The notes under the pieces were generated by a model that made no database searches, was not told the DNA's origin, and saw only the letters and a list, made by a program, of their open reading frames with translations. Positions 37,500 through 49,608 of a stretch of 64,000 nt of DNA are shown here, one piece after another. How positions within the stretch are numbered: position 1 is the stretch's first letter; the number at the start of each line of letters is the position of its first letter. The stretch is from Antechinus flavipes (Eukaryota): assembly GCF_016432865.1 (NCBI RefSeq), contig NC_067402.1:160332001-160396000 (forward strand), read 5' to 3'. The position numbers were made by a program, and so were the translations under genes.

Positions 37500-38150
37500 A
37501 TGCATAGTGCAGCTTCCAAATGGATGAGGGACTACCTACAGGTGAAGAAATCCTACATTGCCCCTGTTGTTGGAATGCTTCCTATCAATTGTATCCATTC
37601 CCAAAATGTTTTGAGATCTCTTTAAGGAGATTCATAATGACTTAAAAGAATTTGGCTTATCACACTGGGAAAAATCAAGTTGAAGAAAAATATCTATTGC
37701 CCAGATTTTGATCTACAGTTGTTTAGACAACTCCAATAATTAATCCATTAATAGATAAGTCTTGGACAAATACTGTACATGGACTTAGAATTGAACAGAG
37801 GGAGGAAGAATATGCTTCATTATCTTTAAGAAATGGTGTCATGTTTTTAACAACCCCTAGTCTCTCTCTGAAAAAAAGGGTCCATATTTCTAACTAAAGT
37901 ATTTTTCTCTCGATGGTTTATGACTAAAGGTCACTGAATAGTACACTCTTAAAAAAACTAAAGTTGTGGTGATCCCTCATGCAATCAGGTTAATCAGTCA
38001 TGAAGTGAGAGAAAAAAAGTACCACATGATAGCCTTTGTGCTCCATTGGTATCCATGCAATGGCAAGAACTCTTACAAGATTCCTGAAACATTAGATGAA
38101 CCCTAGTAGAAGACCTTTGTAACAACACTGTCAAGAATTGCACAGAATTA
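37500..38150 (+). mobile_element. RTE-clade LINE reverse-transcriptase fragment
   Basis: With frameshifts, KEIHNDLKEFGL-HTGK...YCPDFDLQL, LGQ...ELNRGR and VLHWYP resemble the RT and C-terminal region of marsupial RTE elements. Confidence 0.7.
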
Positions 38151-39659
38151 ATTAGAAGGCATATTCAGGGTACCCCTTGTGTTGTTGGAATGACTTGTCA
38201 ACATTTCAATTTGCCGTGTCCAAACCCTGTCTCCAACATGTGTCTAGCTAAAGGCAAGTTAATATCAAGAAAGTCACATAACCTCCCTGGAATAAACCTT
38301 TGAAGTCATCAAATATAATCCCTTCATTTTATAAATGAGAAAACTGAAGTACAGAAAGCTTGAGTCACATGACTAGTATCTAGCCCCTATGCATACAAAA
38401 CAAACTGCAAACAAAAGTTGGATTACATGGCCTTTGAGTTTTCTTCAACCTATGAACTACGAATGTACTTGCTTTCAGTTTCAGTTTCTATATCTGGAAA
38501 ATGGGAATAATAAATTATTATTTATAGCACCTATATGTTGAGGTTGAGATGGCAAAAAGTATGTAAAGTGTTTTGCAAACTCTAAAGAACCACATAAATG
38601 TCAGCTATCATTGTCATTTCTATTATTATGATGATGATGATGATGATGATCACAAGTCCATGGTACCTAAATACCTTTAAAGTATCTCTGAGACTCAAGT
38701 AATTTTAAAGTATACTGAGCACTTGTATTAACAGTAAGTTTAGTACCTTTATTCCCATTTTAAATGACTTGGAACATAGTTTTATTATTTAAAATTATAG
38801 AGGTATCTTGCCATATCTTTGCCTTATGGTATATTGTTAGTTACCTATATCTCTGATTTATTTAATGCAGAATCCTTGATCAGAGATGCTAAACCCTATT
38901 ATAACACTGTTACTCTGGAGAAACATGATTTGCAATCTCTTTTACAAAAACTATTTCTATTATTAAGGTATTGCAGCAGGTAGTAAGGGTTGCTTGTTTT
39001 CTAAATTGTTTTTATGCACCCTGAGGTCTAAAATGGTTCTAGGTTCTGCTTATAGTAAGTAAATAGCAAAAGCAATATTTAGACAGACAAGGAAGTCTTT
39101 CTATTATAAAATTCCCTAGGGTAAATCTTACTGTGTTTTTAAGGTAAAATAATATTCACTGCAAAGGAAACATGATTTATTTACTCTAATATGTATAAAG
39201 TACCCCTAAGCACTTGCCATTTATTATTTTTTAAAGTTTTTAAGCCATACAAATATAAGGAATTACCATGGTAACTGAGCTCTCCAGAGTCAGAAACCAC
39301 AAATGTAAGACAAATACAACTCTGTTTTAGCCAGAGCTGTCTCCATTACACAGTTCCATGTGCACAAAATAATGTCTCATGTTCTTTAAGGAAAATAAGA
39401 AATAGTATGGAAACAGTATAGTGGAAGGGCTAAAAAAGTACCCTAGGCTGGGAATTAGGAGGAGATCTGGGGTATCTTTCTTCCAATTAGTTCTGTGACA
39501 ATTGGGCTAGTCATTACATACACCTTGATTTCTTCAACTACAAAATGGATCATATAATAAAATTTCAGTGTTGTGAGAAAATGCTTTTTTTCTAGTAAAG
39601 AGTTATAGTCTTGTGAGATAGCTTGTTATTATTATTATGCTTTTTATGAAATGAACAGA

Positions 39660-40400
39660 CCAAATTGATCCAACCATTTTGGAGAGCAATTTGGAACCAT
39701 GCAGCCCTTTTGTCTCAGCAAAACCACTATTAGTAGGTTTTTATCCCAAAGAGATGATGGGGATAGGGATGGAGGTCGGAATCAAGGTTGGGAAAGACCT
39801 ACTTGTATAAAAATATTTAGAGCAGCTCTTTTTATAGTGGTTAAGAGTTAGAAGTTGAAGGGATACCCATTAATTGGGGAATCACTGAACAAGTTATGGT
39901 ATATGAATATTACAGAATACTATTGTATTAAAAGAAATGATGACCAATATGTTTCAGAAAAACCTGGAAAGACTTACAAGAACTGATGCAAAGTGAGTGA
40001 GAAGAACCAGGAGGACAATATACACAGAAAGATGAAGATTATGTGATGATCAACTATGATAGATTTAGTTCTCAGCGATGCAATAATCCAAGACAATTTC
40101 AAAGGTCTCATAACAAGAAAATGTTATTCACATTCAGAAAAAGAACTGAGTCTGAATGCAAATCAAAGTATGCTATCTTCAACTTTTTTCTTTTTTTCTA
40201 TTTGTCTTTTACTTCTTTCACAACATGACTAATAGGGAAATATGTTTTACATGACTGCAATTTATAATATATCAAGTTGCTTACCATCATAAGGAGAAGA
40301 GAGGTAAGGAGAGGGATGGAGAAAATGTAAAACTCAAAATTTTTTAATGGTGAATGTTTAAAATTGTGTGTAATTGGAAAAAGTAAAATATTATGATTAT
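39660..40400 (+). mobile_element. Old L1 ORF2 C-terminus plus 3'UTR
   Basis: ccattttggagagcaatttggaac...gaatactattgt...3'UTR. Confidence 0.8.
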
Positions 40401-41304
40401 TATTTTAAAGAAATGGACAAACCTTTTGAACTTTAATTACCTTGGCTTAAAATTTAGCTATTAAACTCTTGAATCCCAGCCCAATTTATAATTGTATTAA
40501 GAGAGATAAAGAACATTTTCTTAAATGAGGCTGGTCTGTACTTGGGTAGAGAACACAGCTTCACAGTCATAGTAAAATGTGAAGTGTTTCATTTTGTTTT
40601 GTTTTTTCCACTTCATAGAAATCCAAGGCAAATAGCATGAAAAACTCAAATGAAATTTTTAAAGTACACTCAGTTGACAGAAAGAGAAGAACTTACCCAG
40701 GAATATAATGAGTGAGACCATCTTAACAGGCAGTGGAGAATTGAAAGGAAAGGAACTTACCTTTGAGTTTTGTAGCCTGAAGGGAAGGATTTCCAATATT
40801 AATTTATTATTTTTGTAAAAAAGATGCTAAATTCACTTATTTCAGACTAAAATAGTTATGGTTCTTGATTCACAACCACAGTGTCATCCTTAACTCTTCA
40901 TTTTCTCACTCCTACATCTAATCAGTTACCAAAAATTGTCAATTTTATCTGCATATCTCTCAGAGTAGTTTTATTACCTTATTAAAATTAACATTCACAA
41001 TTTAAAGCTATAGACAAGAAATTAAACATATTAGTTTTGTATATAATAATTTATAATAGCTTTTTGTTGTATAAGCAATTTTTGTCCTTGCTTTTATATT
41101 TATTTACATTCCCTGATAATTTTTTTTTAAAGAAAATTATTGCGAGAGAAAATAAAGATCCAAACAAAAGGAATAAGGAAAAGCAAATAAAAATGTAAGG
41201 TACTGTAATACATTCAATACTTTTTACCAAAGCTAATATTCATTTATTTATAATACTAAAAGGACAAGAAAAAAGTTTCATTTAGCAGGATCTTAGCTGG
41301 CTCC

Positions 41305-41535
41305 CTGAGCACCTAGGTGGAAGAGTGGACAGAGTCAAGTAGACAACTTTCTGAGTTCAAATATGGCCTCAGACACTTACTAGTTGTGTGACCCTGAGCA
41401 AGTCATTTAACCCTGTTTGCCTCAGTTTCCTCATCTGTCAAATGAGCTGAAAAAGAAAATGGCAAATCACTGCAGTCTCTTTGTAAGAAAACTCCAAAAG
41501 AATCATGAAAAGTTGAACACGACTAAACAATGACC
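41305..41535 (+). mobile_element. MAR1-type SINE
   Basis: tRNA head, CORE gtgaccctgagcaagtcatttaaccc and RTE-like tail. Confidence 0.75.
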
Positions 41536-42364
41536 AAAAATTGTTCCTTCTTTTGTTTATCATGAAAATCAGTCTCTCAGTGATCTTACAATTATGTGGC
41601 CTCAAGCATCCATTTCCTTTATATATACTACTTAGTCTGGTCCAGATCCTTTTCCTGTTTTTGTTCTTTTTAGTGCCTTTTTCACTTCCTCATCTACCAA
41701 TTAAAGGACTAACTTGGTCTACAAATGTTATGGTTCCACTGTCATTAATGAAGAGATTATTATAGAAATGCAAACAAAATTGTTTCAGTTTTCATCTTGG
41801 TTTTTATCTTCTCCTCACACTACTACAAAGTTATCTGAAATCTGATTTGAATTCATGAAAATGAATCTTCTTGACTCACTCTATCCATTATATGGCAGCC
41901 ATCTAGCTGCCATAGAAGGAAAAATACATTTACATTTACTAACAATTAATGTAATCTATAAGTCTATTTTTCAGTCTCTTTTAAAATCTTTATAAGAATA
42001 ATCTACATACACCCCAAGATTACTCAATGACAATAAGGAGAACAGGAGGGTTTTTGCAAATTATATCTATTAGAACATATATTCTAAATCACAAATTAAC
42101 TGAAGGATATGGAAAGAATCCAGTTTTTGTAGTTTGTTTTATGTTATTTGGGCCACACCTTTGATTTCTTGAAGCCCGTTCCATTGGATTCATTCTTTCA
42201 AATGAGCAAACTTTCCCACAACCATGGGAGTGAACTGAATGCAGCTCAACCTCTGTTCTTCAAATGAAATTTCAACTGGGGCTGAGAAGTTAAATTTGCC
42301 CAGGGTCACAAAGCCAGTGTTTGTCACAAGACTTTTTCTGATTTGGAGGCTCCCTCTGTCCCTT

Positions 42365-43077
42365 TGTAATGCCAGAGAAACTGAGCAAGATGGAGATTAG
42401 AGAACAATTTAATATTTGATTTAAAAGGGAACATTTACTGGGATCAAATGGATCCATAGTTTGGTCCCAGGGCTAAATGAGACTATGGTCCAAGAATCCA
42501 GCCTCAGATACAAGATTCTTTTATAGGGTAACAAGAATAATGACATAATGGGAGAGGTACCTGGATGGGGATGATCTAAGTGGGAGGAGGAACCTAGGAT
42601 GAGGATGAAATAATGGAGGCAGGCACCTAGGATGACATAATGAGGGAGGTACTGGAGAGGCTCCTGATATTCTAATGATGTCTAAAATGGATAAAGACCT
42701 TTATCCCATCAAACAATAAGAGGGAATGATTATAGCCTAAGGCAGTGGTTCTCAAAGTCTGGTCCAGAGCATCCTAAGGAATCTCTGAAATCCTTTCAGA
42801 GTCTACAAATTCATAATTGGTTTTTATTTTTAATGTGATCAATGTCTATAACTATAACCCACATAAACAAAAACTCTTTGGACAGATCCTCAATCATTTT
42901 TAATAGGATAAAGATATTGAGAACAAAAGTTTGAAGACCATTGAGCCCTAAGGTCTAAGATATAAGACCTTTTTATCCTAACGTTAAGAGAGAATGGGTA
43001 TAACCTGAGGCAGAGTAACTGAATAGGATAATTAGGGAAACTGGGTCAGGACATTAAAAGGGAACTGTGGCATAACA
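42365..43077 (-). mobile_element. Solo ERV1-like LTR (family A, copy 1) containing a hAT MITE
   Basis: TG...CA termini and 4-bp TSD CCTT (42361-42364 / 43078-43081). Homologous to 43300-43834 and 54389-54860. Confidence 0.9.
42743..42943. mobile_element. hAT/Charlie-type MITE (201 bp) nested in the LTR
   Basis: TIRs CAGTGGTTCTCAAA / TTTGAAGACCATTG. Flanks GCCTAAGG and AGCCCTAAGG form an imperfect duplication. The segment is absent from the two sister LTRs. Confidence 0.85.
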
Positions 43078-43127
43078 CCTTATATCATGCTACTTATTGA
43101 TTATTGAATTCTTAAAAAAATATTTTA

Positions 43128-43210
43128 AGGGCAGCTAGTTGATGCAGTGGATAGAGAACCAGCCCTGAATTCAGGAGGACCTGAGTTCAAATTTGACCTC
43201 AGATACTTCA
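43128..43210 (+). mobile_element. 3'-truncated WSINE1 head
   Basis: gggcagctagttgatgcagtggatagag...gagttcaaatttgacctcagatacttca followed by (TA)n. Confidence 0.75.
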
Positions 43211-43235
43211 TATATATATATGTATGTATATTAAT

Positions 43236-43945
43236 AAATTATATTATAAAGGAGCAGTAATCAAAACCATTTGGAACTGGACAAAAAACAGTAGTCCATT
43301 GTTGAGCCACAATTCCCTTTTGATGTCCTGACCTAGTTTCCCCATTGTCCTATTTAGTTACTCTGCCTCAGGTTATAACCTTTCCCTCTTAATGTTTGAT
43401 GAGATAAAGGTCTACCTCAATTGCTCTGCCCCAAAACCCCAGGCCAAATTTATTCCCTCTTAAATGGTTGATGAGATAAAGGTTTTATATCTTTAAGTTT
43501 AGTCATTCCTTCTTAATGTTTGACAGGATAAAGATCTATCCATTTTAGACATCATTAGAATATCAGTAACTTCTCCAGTACCTCCCTCCATTGTGTCATC
43601 CTAGGTGCCTCCCCCCATTAGGTTACCCCCATCCAGGTACCTCCCCCATTATGTCATTGTTCTTGTTATCCTATAAAAAAGCTTGCTGTCTAATACTTAG
43701 TGCTGGATTCTTTGAGATGATAGTCTCCCCCAGCCCTGGGACCAAGATCCATTTGGTCTCAGTATATCTCTCCATTTAATAAATTATTAAATTGGTCTCT
43801 AACCTCTGTCTTGCTCAGTTTCTCCGGCATTACACCATCAGTGGACTAGATTAGAGTCACAGGACAAAACAGTTGATGACTCTAGTAATCTAGTGTTTGA
43901 CAAACCCAAAGACCCCAGCTTTTGGGCTATAAACTCACTATTTTA
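43236..43945 (+). mobile_element. Short L1 ORF2 fragment split by an LTR
   Basis: Removing 43300-43838 rejoins a degenerate, frameshifted match to the L1 ORF2 segment (KLYYK...IKTIW...[12 protein letters not shown]...NSLF). Confidence 0.75.
43300..43834 (+). mobile_element. Solo ERV1-like LTR (family A, copy 2), 535 bp
   Basis: TGTT...TTACA termini, 4-bp TSD CCAT (43296-43299 / 43835-43838), CCTATAAAA box at about 43670 and AATAAA at about 43778. Confidence 0.92.
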
Positions 43946-44984
43946 TTTTAGTAAGTATAAATAAATAGAGCCTATCTCTCAGATTTATGTTTATAACATG
44001 CCAGATTGCTGCATGTAGCAATAAAAATTACTTTGTGATGTGATCCCTGATTATTATTACTAATCAAGATAGGAAAGAGGGAAAGGTATGCTAAACAAAG
44101 GATTTTTGCCATTAGCAAGGATAATCAGCTCAGAATCTCTTCTAGAAAGATGGAGGGTGGGGTCCTCTAGGTACCTAGATTGCAAGATAACAGAGATTCT
44201 TAAGAGATCCATGACTACTCTGAAAAGTTCTGTCTATTAATCCACACAAGAAAAAAAGAAATTGATGAAGAACATTTATCTTCTGGACTAATGGTCCCTA
44301 AAGCTTTTATCTCTAGTTAGCACCAAGCCAAACCCTTGAGATGCAAAAAAGAAAAATGCTTCCTGCCTTCAAGTTTACAATCTGGTAGGGAACGACTATA
44401 TACAAACCAAAGCTGGTAAAAGGGGTAGAGCTGGAAAACGGAGGACACCAGAGTGTCCCCTGAGAAGGGACATCTTGTTTCCTGCCAATGAAATTAAGCA
44501 AAGGTATAGAGGGAAAGTAGAGAGTGACTTCAAAAGGAGCATGTGTTCAATTAGTATCTTAGTATTTTATTCCTGGTTCTTATTTCTAAAGTGTTTTATA
44601 TTTGAATAAGTGAAAGATTCAGAATTCTTTTTACAGTAAAACATGTCTCCAAAAGTGAGGTATTCCTGGGGGAGTAGTCAGACCTCCAAAAGAAATAGGA
44701 GCAAAGCAGAGCCCTGCCCCCTCAGCCATAATGCTATACAACTCCTAAATAGATAAGAGGAAACGAAATTAATGGTTTGTTTCTCTCTGTGATAGAATTA
44801 TTTTTAACTTTTTAAGGGTTTGAAAGTTTTTGGGTCAGCTTGAAACTACATATTTGCTTTTAATACTAAAATTTAAAATTCAATGACAAATATTTGCTAT
44901 TCAAGCATATTTCTTCTTAAAAAGTCAACTTTGATATACTTAAGATAAAATGTTCACTCTCTTCTTCTAAGATAAGATATGTTC

Positions 44985-45145
44985 ACCTTTTTAATCATGG
45001 AATCCCTTGACAATCTGGGAAAACCTACGGACCACTTTTTAGTATAATGGTTTAAATGAATACAGCAAAATATATGATTAAAAAGAAAATCTGTTTTACT
45101 GATATAGTTAATGAAATATAATTTTATTTTTTATATCAGTTTTCT
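44985..45145. mobile_element. Old hAT-type MITE fragment
   Basis: Shares motifs with the segment at about 57860-57985 (aatctgg.aaa.cct..ggacc.ctt.t.ag.ataat). Confidence 0.4.
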
Positions 45146-45160
45146 AAGAAATTCCATGCA

Positions 45161-46330
45161 ATTGAAATTGTACAATTTGTTGTACAAACAAAACTAATGC
45201 AGACAAGATTAGAAGGGAAACAATAAACTGGGAAGACATTTTTACAGTCAAAGGTTCTGATAAAGGCCTCATTTCCAAAATATATAGAGAATTGATTCTA
45301 ATTCATAAGAAATCAAGCCATTCTCCAATTGATAAATGGTCAAAGGATATGAACAGACAATTCTCAGATGAAGAAATTAAAACTATTTCTAGCCATATGA
45401 AAATATGTTCCAAATCATTATTAATCAGAGAAATTCAAATTAAGACAACTCTGAGACACCACTACTCACCTGTCAGATCGGCTAGAATGACAGGGAAAGA
45501 TAATGTGGAATGTTGAAGGGGATGCGGGAAAACAGGGACACTGTTGATGGAATTGTGAACACATCCAGCCATTCTGGAGAGTGATTTGGAACTATGCTCA
45601 AAAAGTTATCAAACTGTGCATACCCTTTGATCCAGCAGTGTTTCTACTGGGCTTATACCCCAAAGAGATCTTAAAGAAGGGACAGGGACCTGTATGCGTC
45701 AAAATGTTTGTGGCAGCCCTGTTTGTAATGGCTAGAAACTGGAAACTGAATGGATGCCCCTCAATTGCAGAATGGTTGAGTAAATTGTGGTATATAAACG
45801 TGATAGAATATTATTGTTCTGTAAGAAATGACCAGCAGGATGAATACAGAGAAGCTTGGAGAGACTTACATGAACTGATGCTAAGTGAAATGAGCAGAAC
45901 CAGGAGATCATTATACAAGACAACAACAATACTGTATGAGGATGTATTCTGATGGAAGTGGATCTCTTCCATAAAGAGAGCTAATTCAGTTTCAATTGAT
46001 CAAGGATGGACAGAAGCAGCCACACCCAAAGAAAGAACACTGGGAAATGAATATAAATTGCTTGCATTTTTGTTTTTCTTCCCGGGTTATTTCTACCTTC
46101 TGAATTCAATTCTCCCTGTGCAACAAGAGAACTGTTCGGTTCTGCACACATATATTGTATCTAGGATATACTGTAACCTATTTAACATATAAAGGATTGC
46201 TTGCCATCTTGGGGAAGGGGTGGAGGGAGGGAGGGGAAAAATTGGAACAAAAGTGAGTGCAAGGGATAATGCTGTAAAAAATTACCCTGGCATGGGTTCT
46301 GTCAATAAAAAGTTATTTGAAAAAAAAAAA
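45161..46330 (+). mobile_element. 5'-truncated young L1 (ORF2 C-terminus plus 3'UTR plus poly A)
   Basis: ORFs 45292-45516 and 45581-45952 translate to the L1 ORF2 C-terminal domain (CIPFDPAV...ARNWKLNGCPS...WRDLHELMLSEMSRTRR). 15-bp TSD AAGAAATTCCWTGCA (45146-45160 / 46331-46345). Confidence 0.95.
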
Positions 46331-46629
46331 AAGAAATTCCTTGCAGTGATTAAAAGCTTCCTGAAGAAGGTGGTGAGATATCCCTAAATTTAATTTATTG
46401 GGTTTTTTTGTTTGTTTGCTTCTAATGATCATATTGAACCAATGGTTTGGTAGGAAAATATTAAGGTTCTGAAAGAACAGAAATGTTGATTGATTGTTGG
46501 AGGTTTTTGGATTGCCTATAGTTTTTAATATCTATGCTATCCTTAAGTCTTAATTTCTAAAATGTTTTTTACTTTGGAAAAAGTAGCACATTGAGAGTTT
46601 ATTTCTTTTTTAGTAAAATACTTTACAAA

Positions 46630-47151
46630 CAATATGTTCTTGCAACATTCCCAATTGATAAGGTCCTGGGCAACTAGGTGGGATAAAGTACTGATAAGAT
46701 TGCTCCCTGAGGCAAATAGGGAAGGACACTGATGAGGATCAGCTCATCCTGTGAAGGTTTTGGATAACCCCACCTTACAATATCCAATCAGAAAGCCAAA
46801 TTATGATATAAAATCTCCAAGGTTAAATTTCCCCTATAAATTTGTCCAGAATCTATCCCATCTTTGCCAAATCCCCTTTGAGCTGGTCGGCCACGTCATT
46901 CTAACCTGTGGTATATTTTTTCTCCTCCTCCTCCCCCATGCCTCATGGTGTCTTTCCCCTTATCCCATCTCTCCCCCATGCCTGATGGTATCTTTCTAGC
47001 TAACTAATTCTCTTAACGTGCTAAACTCTAGGTTTAGCCTGACAGTCAATGGCACACAGCCAGCTTATAGTATATTCCCTTTCTCCTGGTTAATTTTGAA
47101 TTCCACTGGGGAACTTGTCTTTTCCATTGCTAATTATTAAAACCACTTTCA
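46630..47151 (+). mobile_element. Solo ERV LTR (another family)
   Basis: CCAAT plus CCTATAAAT promoter architecture, ending attaaaaccactttca. 5' boundary uncertain and no TSD found. Confidence 0.6.
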
Positions 47152-47188
47152 TAGCTATCTATATGCTCTCCCAAATCTATTTGATATT

Positions 47189-47593
47189 TGTGATGACTGC
47201 GTATTTAAAATCAGCCAGAGTCAGGAATTCAGGTTAAGGGAAAAATCTTCAATCTTTATTCTCAGTAGAGGTGAGGGGGGATTGCGATAGCAATATGGGC
47301 AGCTGCGACAGGAAGCCAGCTAGCAGAGGGGGATTGGAGGTGAAGGGCCATCACAATGGCAATGTGAGCAGCTGTGTCAAGACACCAGCCAGCAGTCTCT
47401 CTTTCCTTGTCCACTCCCCTGCCTCCACCCACCAAAATCGTCATTTCCTATACAACACATCAGGACTTGCACAAAGAGTGGGCGGGGGCCATTCTTTCTC
47501 CAAGCTTATATATTAATAGAGTGTGGTCCAATTACTATTTAGCCTTATGTGCTTGGGATCTCAGTGCATCAACTCAAGCCTCAGCCCATTACA
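47189..47593 (-). mobile_element. Solo LTR, ERV2 (betaretrovirus-like), 405 bp
   Basis: TG...CA termini, perfect 6-bp TSD GATATT (47183-47188 / 47594-47599) and minus-strand AATAAA near 47257. A 6-bp TSD is typical of class II ERVs. Confidence 0.85.
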
Positions 47594-47999
47594 GATATTT
47601 ACCTCTTCTGGTGCTCCTTTTAACTCTTCATTTTGTCTATAATCTCTTCTCATAAATAAATGTACCTTTGCATTTGAACCCCATTATTTGGTGTCTACAC
47701 CAATCTCATCATACAAATATCATCACAATAAGATAAAAATTTCCTTCAGAGAGACCTAAAGATCCGAGAATGAACTAGTGTTAAATGTGCCCTAAAACAA
47801 TGATGTAAAACTCAAATATGGACAAAAACACCCAATGGAGCCACAAGGATCTTAGTTTTACAATGTAATATTATCTGTATTTTATTGTTTTTGTTTTGTT
47901 ACTTTTTTTTGTATTTTATTTATTTTATCAAATATTTCCCAAATACATTTTAATCTGATTCAGCCACACTCTAGAATTGTGTGGGTTGTATCTGACACC

Positions 48000-48430
48000 T
48001 CAGCCGTGAAATATTCTTTTTCCCTCCTCGATAGTATTTTATTTTTCTAATTACATGAATGTCAACATTCATTTTTGTAAGATTTTGAGTTCCACATTTT
48101 TTCTTTCTCCCTCCCATATCTTTCCCCTCCCCAAGACAGCAAGCAATGTGATATAGGTTATACATATATAATTATTGTAAACATATTTCCATATTTGTCA
48201 TGTTGTAAAAGAAAAATCAGATCAAGGAAGAAAAAATATGAGAGAAAAAATAAAAATAGTATGTTTCAATTTTCATTCAATCTCCATAGTTCTCTTTGGA
48301 TGCAGATAATGGCATTTTCCATCCCAATAGTTGATCATCACACAATCTTGTTATTACTGTTTATAATGTTGTCCTGGTTTTGCTCACTCCATTCAGCATC
48401 AGTTCATGTAAGGCTTTGTTATAAAGTATT
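48000..48430 (-). mobile_element. L1 3'UTR fragment
   Basis: Reverse complement of the marsupial L1 3' end. Confidence 0.7.
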
Positions 48431-49467
48431 CTTGTATGCTATACTCCTGGTGTAAAGGTGTTCCAATCTATAAAATGGGTATAATACTAATTACTTTTCT
48501 GATAGGTAATGTTTGCCATCAGCCTCAAGGTCCACAATTAATTAGAAACCAATGAGCTGGAACATTTAATTAACCAAGCTGACTTTCTTGTTTTTTCTCA
48601 CACTTGACATTCAATTTCCTATCTCTGTGATGTACTCTTTTCTCACTTCCTCCCAGATATACTTTCACCACTTAGAATCTTTAGCTTGTTCCAGGCTCAG
48701 CTTAAGCTGAAGTTTTTTACAAAAAGTTTTTCTGATTTTTCCCTTCCAGGTTGCCAGTGTCTTCTCCTCCAAATTATATTAGATATAATTTGTGTACGTG
48801 AGTGTAAATAAATAAATAGATAAATATTTATGTACACATATATTGGATATACATATAAATGCTTTCTGGAAGAAAATTCAGGAGGGGACACAGATATGGA
48901 CACAATGTTCAAATTTGTTGATGCTTGTCAAAGTTAAAAGATATTTTTAAAAATTTAAATCGAGATCATTTGGAAGAAAAATTAAAACTCAAAATAAATG
49001 TTTGCTGATGGGATGGATTTTTTCCATAGACTACTTTCAAAAAGACATGTCCCTAAAGAAGGGATATTTGAAAATTAGCTTAAAAGGCAGTTTGCAAAAT
49101 GAAGAGACCTACAAATAGTAAATATAATATTAATTATAACATTATTAGTGCATAAAATAAAAGTAAAGCATTATGAATAAGTACTGCATCTATAATTTCA
49201 CTGATATGGGGAACTTCCCTTCTACAGGGAACATCACATTTTCTTCAATTATATAAAATGAATTGCTTGAAGCAATGAGAAGTAACTTGATTAAGAACAG
49301 TACAGTCAGTATGTGTCAGAAGAGAGACTCAATGTTAACCTCACTTCTTATGACTCCTAGGCTAGTTTTTGTTTGTTTGTTTGTTTTGGTGGGAAGAGAG
49401 AGTGGGGAAAACAATTCCCTTTTTAAAATGTATATGTTATATTTTGGTCTTTTAAAAAATTGTTCTG

Positions 49468-49608
49468 GGGGCAGTGGATAGAGCACCAACCTTGAAGTCA
49501 GGAGGACCTGAGTTCAAATCTGGCCTCAGACACTTCACACTTCCTAGCTGTGTGACCCTGGGCAAGTCACTTAACCCCAATTGCCTCAGCAAAAAAAAAA
49601 AAAAAAAA
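49468..49608 (+). mobile_element. WSINE1-type SINE, young
   Basis: Near-consensus body, A-tail and TSD-like aaaaa(t)tgttctgg on both sides. Confidence 0.9.
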
